DNA from: an uncultured Actinomycetes bacterium
GTDB taxonomy: Bacteria > Actinomycetota > Acidimicrobiia > Acidimicrobiales > RAAP-2
NCBI GenBank assembly: GCA_903860745.1
Contig: CAIORQ010000026.1
Location: forward strand, 25,825-89,824
Direction of reading: 5' to 3'
DNA: 64,000 nucleotides
A model generated the notes under the pieces. That model searched no databases. It saw nothing but the letters and a program-made list of their open reading frames with translations, and had not been told where the DNA came from. Within the stretch, counting starts at the first letter, position 1, and the number at the start of each line of letters is the position of its first letter. The position numbers and the translations under genes are program-made. This document shows, in pieces, positions 28,455 through 35,697 of this stretch.

Positions 28455-28466
28455 GACTGTAGGACC

Positions 28467-28907
28467 GTGGCCGAACAGGGTCTTCGCACGGTCATCCGCT
28501 CGGCGACCCCCGACGACGACGTCGATTCCCTTCTCCAGGGGGCCCTGGCGCGGGCCCGTCACGCCCGAGGGGGCTCGGCCCTCGTCGAACAACTCTGGGG
28601 CCCGGCGGCCTCGGACGAGTTCATCCGCGAGGCGGTCGCCCGCGACGTCGCCGAGGGACGCGTCTGGGTCGCGCTGAGGGACGGGGAACTGGTCGGAGCC
28701 GCCCTCGTGGAGGCTCGGTGCATCCGCGGACTGTGGGTGGCTCCCGATCACCGACGCCAGGGCGTCGCGACGTCGCTGCTGAGTGCTCTGCTGCAACGCC
28801 CCGACGCTCCCCGCGACGCCTGGGCGTTGCCGGGAGACCGTGCGACCAAGTCGCTCTACGAATCAGTGGGGTGGAAGGCGCGCCTGTTGACTATGCGCGG
28901 CGAGTAG
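28467..28907 (+). CDS. GNAT-family N-acetyltransferase
   Basis: Motif A VAPDHRRQGVATSLLSALL. 146 aa. GTG start. Confidence 0.75.
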   Translation: MAEQGLRTVIRSATPDDDVDSLLQGALARARHARGGSALVEQLWGPAASDEFIREAVARDVAEGRVWVALRDGELVGAALVEARCIRGLWVAPDHRRQGVATSLLSALLQRPDAPRDAWALPGDRATKSLYESVGWKARLLTMRGE

Positions 28908-30213
28908 TCGGCCGGCGCGCGGGACGCGTCGGACGCGTGGGCGGCGGCGGCGGCGGAACCTTCATGCCGAGCAACTTCGCCAGCTCGGGGATGGCGCCCG
29001 CGTTCTTGACGGCCAGCGCCTTGGCGGACTCGTCGGCCGGGATGCCCAGGGGCTTGACGTTGCGACGGATCGAGGTCTCGACGGTGAGCGTGACCAGTTC
29101 GCTCCACACCGCCACGTCCTGTTCGGCCGTCAGCGCCGCGGAGACGCCCGCCACCAGAGCCGACGCCACCTCCGAGGAGATGCGCGTGGACATGTCCGGG
29201 GGTCGAGCCACGAGGCGCAGCGCCTCGGCCAGGTTGCCCGACGCCATGGCCGCGTCGAGCTTCTCGGTCCACTGCGTGCGCAGCACCTCGAGACGAGCGC
29301 TCAGCAGTGCCTGCAACTCCTTGAGCTGAGCACGGGCCTCCTCGTCCAGGGTCGTCGTCTTGGCGGAGGTGACCACCGCGCGCAAGTCGCGCAGTCGCAA
29401 CTCCTTGCCGGCGCTCAACGCACCAGAGGCACGGTCCTTCCACATCGCCAGGGTGGTCTTGGGGAGCAGATCCTCGGCGATCCGGTCAATGGTCGCCGGG
29501 TCGATGGTGGGACGACCCTGAGCGGTGGCGTTCTTGTTCTGTTCGGCGACCGCGGCGCGCACCGAGGGCATGCCGCCGCGCAGCAGCTGCTCGGCGACGG
29601 GCAACTGCTCGGGCGAGAGCGTCGCCAGGAAGGCGTTGCGGTAGACGGTGGCCACGGGTGCGGCGACGGGGCCGCGAGGGCGGTCTGCGCGGTCGCCGTG
29701 AGGACGGTCGCCGCGCGGACGGTCACTGCGGGGGCGCTCGGTACGCGGACGCTCGGTGCGCGGGCGATCGCCGGCCCCACCCTCGGGGCGGCGCTCGCTG
29801 CGCTCGCCACGTTCGGCCGTCGCGGGACGCGGGCCACGCTTGGCCCCGTCACGTCGTCCTTCCGAACGGCCTTCCGAACGGCCTTCCGAACGGCCCTCGC
29901 CATCACGGCGGGGTCCACGACCCTTGGAGGCGTAGGTGACGGTGACGTCGGGGACGTCCTTGTGGGTCACGATGCGCTCGAGACGTTCCTTGCGAGGGTC
30001 CAGCGGCGACGCGGTCTTGGGCGGTAGCACCGAGAGGATTTCGAGGCCCTCCATGTACTGCTCGACGTCGGCGCGATAGACGGAGCCCACGACGGGTCCG
30101 CCCGGCACCAGGGACGCCTGCAGCACACCCTTCGGCAATTTCGCCCCGGCGGCACGCCAGGTGGCGACGTCTCCGTTGAGGCTGGTGATTTCGATCTCAA
30201 TGCGACGAGACAT
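28891..30213 (-). CDS. hypothetical protein: N-terminal beta-rich domain, Arg-rich tandem-repeat linker, helical C-terminal domain, Pro-rich basic tail
   Basis: 440-aa ORF with high GC3. Contains (GRSE)3 and six (D/E)RPRx pentapeptide repeats. C-terminus is PPPPPPTRPTRPARRPTTRRA. No family recognised. Confidence 0.7.
   Translation of the reverse strand: MSRRIEIEITSLNGDVATWRAAGAKLPKGVLQASLVPGGPVVGSVYRADVEQYMEGLEILSVLPPKTASPLDPRKERLERIVTHKDVPDVTVTYASKGRGPRRDGEGRSEGRSEGRSEGRRDGAKRGPRPATAERGERSERRPEGGAGDRPRTERPRTERPRSDRPRGDRPHGDRADRPRGPVAAPVATVYRNAFLATLSPEQLPVAEQLLRGGMPSVRAAVAEQNKNATAQGRPTIDPATIDRIAEDLLPKTTLAMWKDRASGALSAGKELRLRDLRAVVTSAKTTTLDEEARAQLKELQALLSARLEVLRTQWTEKLDAAMASGNLAEALRLVARPPDMSTRISSEVASALVAGVSAALTAEQDVAVWSELVTLTVETSIRRNVKPLGIPADESAKALAVKNAGAIPELAKLLGMKVPPPPPPTRPTRPARRPTTRRA
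29671..29766. repeat. imperfect 15-nt periodic coding repeat (RPRTE RPRTE RPRSD RPRGD RPHGD RADRP)
   Basis: Read directly. In frame within CDS 28891..30213. Confidence 0.7.
29858..29893. repeat. perfect 3 x 12-bp tandem repeat CCTTCCGAACGG (encodes GRSE x3 on the minus strand)
   Basis: Three identical contiguous copies counted directly in the sequence. In frame within CDS 28891..30213. Confidence 0.9.
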
Positions 30214-30298
30214 AGGAAAACAATCTACTCGTTTTCCACCCGCCGATTATTCCGTCAGCGCGGCGTCAGTGTTTGACAGCACTCCCTAGCATGGTCCC

Positions 30299-31612
30299 AT
30301 GAGCGAAAACGCCGACCACGACGCACCCGCCGACGAACACGACGAGACGCCCGACGAGATCGTGCCCGGCCCGTCAGGGGCCACTGAGGACGCGGGTCAC
30401 GCTGGGGGAGCCTCGCCGTCGGTGAGCACGGTCCTCACGGATTCGATGATGGCGGGGGAGGGGAGTGCCACCGGCGCCACGACGACGGCGCCGTCGCGGA
30501 CGAGCAAGTCCCCCTGGACGAGTCGCGTCACCCTCTTGGTGGTGGCGGCCCTCGTCGGAGGTCTCGCGGGACACTTCACGGCACGTTCCACCAGCGTCAA
30601 CCAGAACCTTCCCGTCACCACCGACACGGCTACGCCGGCCACCGGCGGCGACGGCGGCGTCTTGTCCATCCCTCAACTCGTGCAGAAGGTGCAGCCTTCG
30701 GTGGTCTCCATCGACGTCAAGGGTCAGGGGAGTGAGGACCAGGGGACCGGGATGATCATCTCGTCCGACGGCCTCGTCGTGACCAACAACCACGTCATCG
30801 CGGCGGCCGACCCGAGCGGGACGATCACCGTCACCCGCACGGGATCCACGAAGGCGCTTCCCGCCACCTTGATCGGCACCAACCCCGTCGACGACGTCGC
30901 CCTGATCCGCATCGACAACGTGTCGAAACTCCCGACCGTCACCTTCGGCAACTCCAACGCCCTCCTGGTGGGTGACAGCGTCGTGGCGATCGGCAACGCC
31001 CTCGGACTCGCCGCCGGCACCCCGACGGTGACCAACGGCATCGTCTCGGCGCTCGGGCGGACCGTCACCGCCTCGTCGAGCTCGGCCACCGAGACACTCA
31101 ACAACATGATCCAGACCGACGCCGCCATCAATCCCGGTAACTCTGGGGGACCGCTGCTGGACGCCCAGGGTGACGTCATCGGCATGAACACCGCCGTCGC
31201 GGGCACCTTGGCCGACGGCACGAACGCTCAGAACATCGGCTTCGCGATCCCGGTCGCCACCATCGAATCGCTCCTCACTTCGCTCAAGGCGGGTCAGAGC
31301 GTGGTGAATCACGGGGCCTTCATGGGCGTGGAGATCTCCTCGATGAATTCGACCCTGCAAGCGGAGTACAACTTCACCGTCTCCACCGGCGCGGTCGTGA
31401 TGAGCGTCGTGCCGGACTCGGCCGCGGCACGCGGAGGGATCGAACAGGGCGACGTCATCGTGGGCATCAACGCCACGGTGATCACCAGCGCGCAGGACGT
31501 CACCAGCGTCCTCAGCGCCCTGCGACCGGGCGACGTCATCGCCGTCAAGATCGTGCGTGGATCGACGAGGCTGACGAAGTCCGTGACCCTCGGGACCAAC
31601 CCCAAGGGCTGA
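30299..31612 (+). CDS. HtrA/DegP-family trypsin-like serine protease with C-terminal PDZ domain
   Basis: TM anchor, catalytic triad contexts (TNNHVI, DVALIRI, GNSGGPLLD), and a PDZ-like C-terminus (GDVIVGINATVITSAQDV). Confidence 0.9.
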   Translation: MSENADHDAPADEHDETPDEIVPGPSGATEDAGHAGGASPSVSTVLTDSMMAGEGSATGATTTAPSRTSKSPWTSRVTLLVVAALVGGLAGHFTARSTSVNQNLPVTTDTATPATGGDGGVLSIPQLVQKVQPSVVSIDVKGQGSEDQGTGMIISSDGLVVTNNHVIAAADPSGTITVTRTGSTKALPATLIGTNPVDDVALIRIDNVSKLPTVTFGNSNALLVGDSVVAIGNALGLAAGTPTVTNGIVSALGRTVTASSSSATETLNNMIQTDAAINPGNSGGPLLDAQGDVIGMNTAVAGTLADGTNAQNIGFAIPVATIESLLTSLKAGQSVVNHGAFMGVEISSMNSTLQAEYNFTVSTGAVVMSVVPDSAAARGGIEQGDVIVGINATVITSAQDVTSVLSALRPGDVIAVKIVRGSTRLTKSVTLGTNPKG

Positions 31613-31688
31613 GAACCACACCGATCCACCACGCGGGGGTACTCTCGTGATGGATCGCTAGCGAAGCACCGGAAGCGAAAGGGGAGCG

Positions 31689-31922
31689 ATGGGTCTGATT
31701 CTTCCCGGCATCATCTCGGCGTTGTTCCTCATCTTCGTCGCACTGGCGCTGTTGCCGCTGTTCTGCATCGTCGACGCCGCACGGCGCTCCTCGCTCGACT
31801 TCGAACGCGCGGACAGCAACAAGACGCTGTGGATCGTCCTGCTCTTCATCTTCCACTTCCTCGCCGCCATCGTCTACCTGACCGCGATACGACCCCGGGT
31901 CAAGACGGCCGGCCGAACCTGA
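31689..31922 (+). CDS. PLD-nuclease N-terminal (PLDc_N) domain small membrane protein
   Basis: 77 aa, two TM helices. Has the typical ...CIVDAARR...NKTLWIVLLFIFHFLAAIVYL pattern. Confidence 0.7.
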   Translation: MGLILPGIISALFLIFVALALLPLFCIVDAARRSSLDFERADSNKTLWIVLLFIFHFLAAIVYLTAIRPRVKTAGRT

Positions 31923-31947
31923 GCCTCACCAGAAAGGAGCTTGCACG

Positions 31948-32280
31948 ATGGGACACTCCGGCACCCCGTTCGCGATCGCTATCGGAGTAGTCATCGTCCT
32001 CGGGATCGTCGCGGGCTACTTCCAGTCCCGCTACGCCAAGGGCATCGGTGGTCGGACCCGCAGCGTGCGCCGGGCCGAGTCCATCGCCCAGACCCCCTTC
32101 CTCCAGGACATGGTCGAACAGCACGGCAATCCCACCGACGCCCTGAACTTCCTCGCGGCCCACCGCATCGCCGACGTCGTCGACAAGGCGGTGGATCATC
32201 CCAACGGCGCAAACATGGACGAGTTCGACATGCTCGACCCCCACTACAAGAAGCCCGAGCAGCCCTCACAGGGTTCGTGA
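31948..32280 (+). CDS. hypothetical single-TM protein
   Basis: 110-aa ORF with an N-terminal TM (FAIAIGVVIVLGIVAGYF) and moderate GC3. No family recognised. Confidence 0.5.
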   Translation: MGHSGTPFAIAIGVVIVLGIVAGYFQSRYAKGIGGRTRSVRRAESIAQTPFLQDMVEQHGNPTDALNFLAAHRIADVVDKAVDHPNGANMDEFDMLDPHYKKPEQPSQGS

Positions 32281-32295
32281 CCGAAGTGTTTCACG

Positions 32296-32318
32296 ACCTC
32301 ACCCCTGCGGCGTGAGGT
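32296..32318. terminator. candidate bidirectional terminator hairpin between convergent genes
   Basis: ACCTCAC-ccctgcggc-GTGAGGT, a perfect 7-bp stem. A second GGTCAC...GTGACC hairpin follows. No U-tract. Confidence 0.3.
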
Positions 32319-32377
32319 GACTACCGATCCTGGTGGGTCACGCCGCGGGTCTGGTCGACGTGACCGGATGCGAGCCC

Positions 32378-32623
32378 CTAGCGGCCGCGCAGCGACTTGC
32401 GGACCTTGGTCCAGAGGCCCGGGTTGACGTAGTACGCCTCGCGTTGCTCGTCGGTCATCGCGTCGTAGCGAGCATCCTCCTTCTTTTCAATCTTCTCGTC
32501 CTGCAGTCGGCGCAGGCTGGCGCTACGTCGCGAAGAGAAAGCCCGCGCCGGGAGAAGGAGCACGGCGAGGAACACGGCGATCACCAGGAACTCCGGGGCA
32601 TCCAGATGGAAAACGTCGCCCAC
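32378..32623 (-). CDS. small (81 aa) membrane-anchored hypothetical protein
   Basis: GTG 32623 is preceded by GAGAGGA. TM helix (FLVIAVFLAVLLLPA), then a charged tail (DEKIEKKEDARYDAMTDEQREAYYVNPGLW). The upstream 93 codons of the 174-aa ORF look non-coding. Confidence 0.45.
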   Translation of the reverse strand: MGDVFHLDAPEFLVIAVFLAVLLLPARAFSSRRSASLRRLQDEKIEKKEDARYDAMTDEQREAYYVNPGLWTKVRKSLRGR

Positions 32624-33144
32624 TGCGTTCCTCTCAGTCGCCACTCGGCCCAGGGGAGTGGTCCCGCCTGGGTGAATGGTACTTGGTGAGCCTCGTTGCA
32701 CCCGTCTCTCCCCTGACGAAGCTCGTCGGGTCCTCGACGACCATGAGCACCCTTGGACTCGGCACCTAGCGAGGAGCCAAGAGGCGAACGACGTACCGAC
32801 AGCGCCGTGCAACGTCGTCCAACGCGCTAGGGAGCGACCACGCTGACGACCCCGCGGACGCGGCCCAGGGCGTTGGGCCACAGCACAAACCAGTGGGAGC
32901 AAGGAAGAAGGTGGCGCGGAGGCCGATGAGCTCGAGATTCAGCCCGGCGTGAACATCGATGGGAATCCACGCGATCGCCAGTCAGATGCCGATACGCGCG
33001 TAGGCGCTGACCCGCAGACAGCGTCCACCGTCTGGTGTGACCGACGCTTCAAGGTGCCTCGCGACCGCTGCCTACCGGAGAGAATCGTTGGAGAGGGGGC
33101 ACATTGACTTTGGCGAACTCCTAGCACTTCCCCGGCTTCCGCCG

Positions 33145-33158
33145 ATAATGTACGTTAT
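33145..33158. promoter_or_regulatory. AT-rich near-palindrome ATAATGTACGTTAT in ORF-poor gap
   Basis: 14-mer with 12 of 14 positions self-complementary around a GTAC centre. It sits in the most AT-rich patch of the window. Function unknown. Confidence 0.2.
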
Positions 33159-33200
33159 GTAAAGTAACTCCGAAACTCGCCATGCGGCCTCGCTGGGAAC

Positions 33201-34037
33201 CTATGCCCTAGCTCCAGCGGCCACGGCTTGCTTCCAGGTGTAGATCAGCGGAGGGACGGTCCCGGATACCTGCACGATCAACTGGCTGTAGGAGTTGAAT
33301 GTTCTGTCCCAGTTGTGCGCCACGACACCCGCGCCCATCACCAGCGAGCAACTCTTGGCGTAACACGGCAGATTGCTCGCGTTGACGAGGATGTCGTTGC
33401 GGTGACCCCAGCAGCCCCGAGCGCTGGCCGAGGTGCACTCGTAGTTGAAGGTGTAGCCCTTGCCCGCCCACCCGTCGTCGTACATCCACGAATAGTTGGC
33501 GTCGAGGATGTTCACGGCGGCGGCCCAATTGGCCGTCCAGCCTCCCGTGGCTCCCGCGATGGCGTGGGCGTTAGTGAGGGCCGGATCGGCGTTGAGCTGC
33601 GCGCCACGCTGCGCCATCGTGTCCGCAGCGGCTGACAGGCCAAGAACGGGGGCCTCGCCCCGACTCACCCGCTCCAGATCGACCATGACGAGCGACTGCT
33701 CGTTGGCGGTGAGATGGGCGAAGTTGCGCGGCAGGGTCAGCGCAGGAATGCGCTCCAGGCGGTGCGCACGATTCGTCGCCTGGATCTCCGCCGTCACGCA
33801 GGCCTTCGTTGACGGATTGGGTGCCAGCTGATTCCCATCCCAGTGCCAGCACGGAGGCAGCGGCGCCCCCACCGTGTACATCGCCCCCGACGTGGTGTTG
33901 AAGACCGGGATGGCGGGCAGGTTCTTCACCGGCTCCTTGGGCGGCACGACGCCTGATGCGCCGGCCACGCTCGCACCCAGGGCGGCGAGCAGCGCGAGGC
34001 CCGAGAGCACACCGATCCCCCGTCGTAGCGCTTTCAA
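33201..34037 (-). CDS. secreted CAP/SCP (PR-1-like) domain protein
   Basis: Signal peptide MKALRRGIGVLSGLALLAALGASVAGASG. ...CWGHRNDIL...LVMGAGV resembles the bacterial CAP-domain GHRxNIL..G(V/I)G signature. Several Cys residues. Lower GC3 than its neighbours. Confidence 0.55.
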   Translation of the reverse strand: MKALRRGIGVLSGLALLAALGASVAGASGVVPPKEPVKNLPAIPVFNTTSGAMYTVGAPLPPCWHWDGNQLAPNPSTKACVTAEIQATNRAHRLERIPALTLPRNFAHLTANEQSLVMVDLERVSRGEAPVLGLSAAADTMAQRGAQLNADPALTNAHAIAGATGGWTANWAAAVNILDANYSWMYDDGWAGKGYTFNYECTSASARGCWGHRNDILVNASNLPCYAKSCSLVMGAGVVAHNWDRTFNSYSQLIVQVSGTVPPLIYTWKQAVAAGARA

Positions 34038-34177
34038 CGTCGACCGCCCTTCTGAGCCCGTGAGGCCTGTATCGGTCAGACTACTGGTGCGCCGGACATT
34101 CCCACAGGCGTCTCGACCCGTCCGGCGGCGTGGCCTCGACGCTCGACCGCGATGTTTGGTGCCGTTAGCATTCCCTC

Positions 34178-34684
34178 ATGACGCTGGTCCTGCGACCCTT
34201 CGCCGCCAGTGATGAGTCCCCGGCCCTCGCGGCCCACGCCGCGTTCCAGCGGGCCGGATTCAACTTCCTGCCCGTGGACTTCGACTCGACGACCCCGTGG
34301 CAGCACTGGATCGAGCGATGGGAGCACGCCCGACTCCACGCCGCCGCGGAGAACAACGGCGTGCGCAAGTCCTTTCTCGCCGCCGACGCCGACGGTGACC
34401 TGGTGGGACGAGCCTCGATCAGGTTCGCTCTGGACGCCGAACACGCGCGACGAGGAGGGCATATCGGCTACGGCGTGATCGACGAGTTCCGCCGGCGGGG
34501 ATACGCCACCTCCATCTTGAGCGAGGCGATCAGAATCGCCCGCGATGAAGGGGTCGAACGCCTGCTCGTGACGTGCGCCACCGCCAACGTGGCCTCGGCG
34601 AGAGTCATTGAACGCTGCGGAGGGGTCTTCGAGTCGGTCGCGACCCACCAAGACGGCTCGTCGTCTCTCAGGTACTGGATCTAA
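34178..34684 (+). CDS. GNAT-family N-acetyltransferase
   Basis: 168 aa. HIGYGVIDEFRRRGYATSIL (motif A) and N..S.RVIERCGG, typical of the Acetyltransf_3 type. Confidence 0.8.
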   Translation: MTLVLRPFAASDESPALAAHAAFQRAGFNFLPVDFDSTTPWQHWIERWEHARLHAAAENNGVRKSFLAADADGDLVGRASIRFALDAEHARRGGHIGYGVIDEFRRRGYATSILSEAIRIARDEGVERLLVTCATANVASARVIERCGGVFESVATHQDGSSSLRYWI

Positions 34685-34780
34685 CGTCCCAGGTGACTGC
34701 GGAGTGTGCCAAATCCGGTCGAGGGCCGCTTCGACGATGCAGGACCCGCGAGAGCGCTTCCACTAGGTTGTGAGGGAAAG

Positions 34781-35215
34781 ATGGCTCCGCACACCACCCT
34801 CTCCCCGCGTCAACTGACCCTGGCGGTCGCAGTCGTGGCGCTTGGTGGCGCACTGGGCACCGCGTTGCGCGATCTGTCGCTCAAGCTCAACTCCACGACG
34901 TTGTTCGCCCACGTCGTCGGATCGAGCGGCTGGGCCCCCCGTGTCCCCTGGGTGCTCGCCCTGATCAATCTCGTCGGCGTTTACGCGGCCACCAAGGCCC
35001 TGCGTGGACCACTCGCCCATCACGACCCCAACGACCTGACCCGCCTCGTCGTCATCACCGGATTCTTCGGCGGCTTCACCTCGTATTCCAGTCTCTTCGT
35101 CTCGCTCAACGACATCTGGCACGTCTCAATCGCCGGTGCCGTGCTGACGGGTCTGGGAGCCGTGCTGAGTGGAGCGGGAGCCGCCTGGCTCGGCGCACGT
35201 CGGAGGCAGCGGTGA
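34781..35215 (+). CDS. crcB: fluoride channel Fluc/CrcB subunit 1
   Basis: GGALGTALRD, INLVG and GFFGGFTSYSS motifs. ATG 34781 after GAGGGAAAG. Confidence 0.8.
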   Translation: MAPHTTLSPRQLTLAVAVVALGGALGTALRDLSLKLNSTTLFAHVVGSSGWAPRVPWVLALINLVGVYAATKALRGPLAHHDPNDLTRLVVITGFFGGFTSYSSLFVSLNDIWHVSIAGAVLTGLGAVLSGAGAAWLGARRRQR

Positions 35216-35571
35216 TCCTCCTCCTCGTCTCGGTGGCCGGCGCGCTGGGCTGCGTGGTGCGCTACCTCATGGAGTACGCGGTGCGCCGCCACCATCCGAC
35301 CCTGCGCCCCTGGGGCACGGTGGCGGCCAACGCGATCGGGTGCGCGGTGGCGGGCTGGGCCGCCTATTCGCTCTCCGAGCCGCTAGACGCCCACTGGCAT
35401 TCCGTGGTCATGACAGGGTTCTGCGGTGGCCTCACCACTTTTTCCTCGGCCTTCGCCATTCCCGCGATCTTGGCCAAGGAGCACCACTGGAGCTACTCCG
35501 TCGCGATCGTCGTCACCACTCCCCTCGCCTGCGCGCTGTTCTTCGCCGGTGGGGCGCTGATCGGTCACTAG
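35212..35571 (+). CDS. crcB: fluoride channel Fluc/CrcB subunit 2
   Basis: GALGCVVRY, ANAIGC and the canonical GFCGGLTTFSS motif. GTGA overlap with the first crcB (heterodimer arrangement). Confidence 0.88.
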   Translation: MILLLVSVAGALGCVVRYLMEYAVRRHHPTLRPWGTVAANAIGCAVAGWAAYSLSEPLDAHWHSVVMTGFCGGLTTFSSAFAIPAILAKEHHWSYSVAIVVTTPLACALFFAGGALIGH

Positions 35572-35697
35572 GCGAAACGAGCAGGGGTCGAGCCCGCTCC
35601 CCCACTGAACCCCGGCGGCCGTACTCAACTACAGCCTTTTCATCAGGTATTTTAAACCTGCGATACACCAACACTGCCGCATCGGACGCCAGCACCG

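Noticed and set aside
24522-28796. 1424-aa ORF on the minus strand spanning helY, the ThyX-like gene, the DUF4193 gene and the GNAT gene
   Set aside because: This is a shadow ORF typical of high-GC DNA. It runs antisense to four genes with clear domain signatures and crosses their intergenic gaps. Its translation is low-complexity Gly/Arg/Ala/Val/Asp/His-rich, with no recognisable motif.
29858-29893. Tandem 12-bp repeats as a possible CRISPR or minisatellite
   Set aside because: The copies are contiguous with no spacers, there are only three of them, and they are in frame within a CDS. Reported as a coding repeat instead.
32624-32902. N-terminal 93 codons of the 174-aa ORF 32378..32902(-)
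   Set aside because: The translation is Arg/Gly/Ser-rich with poor GC3 bias. A GTG with a good RBS at 32623 begins the plausible TM-containing part, so only the last 81 codons were called.
34685-34780. Fluoride (crcB-motif) riboswitch upstream of the crcB pair
   Set aside because: Position and length fit, but the conserved core nucleotides of the motif could not be aligned by eye. It is listed as a check (RF01734), not called as a feature.
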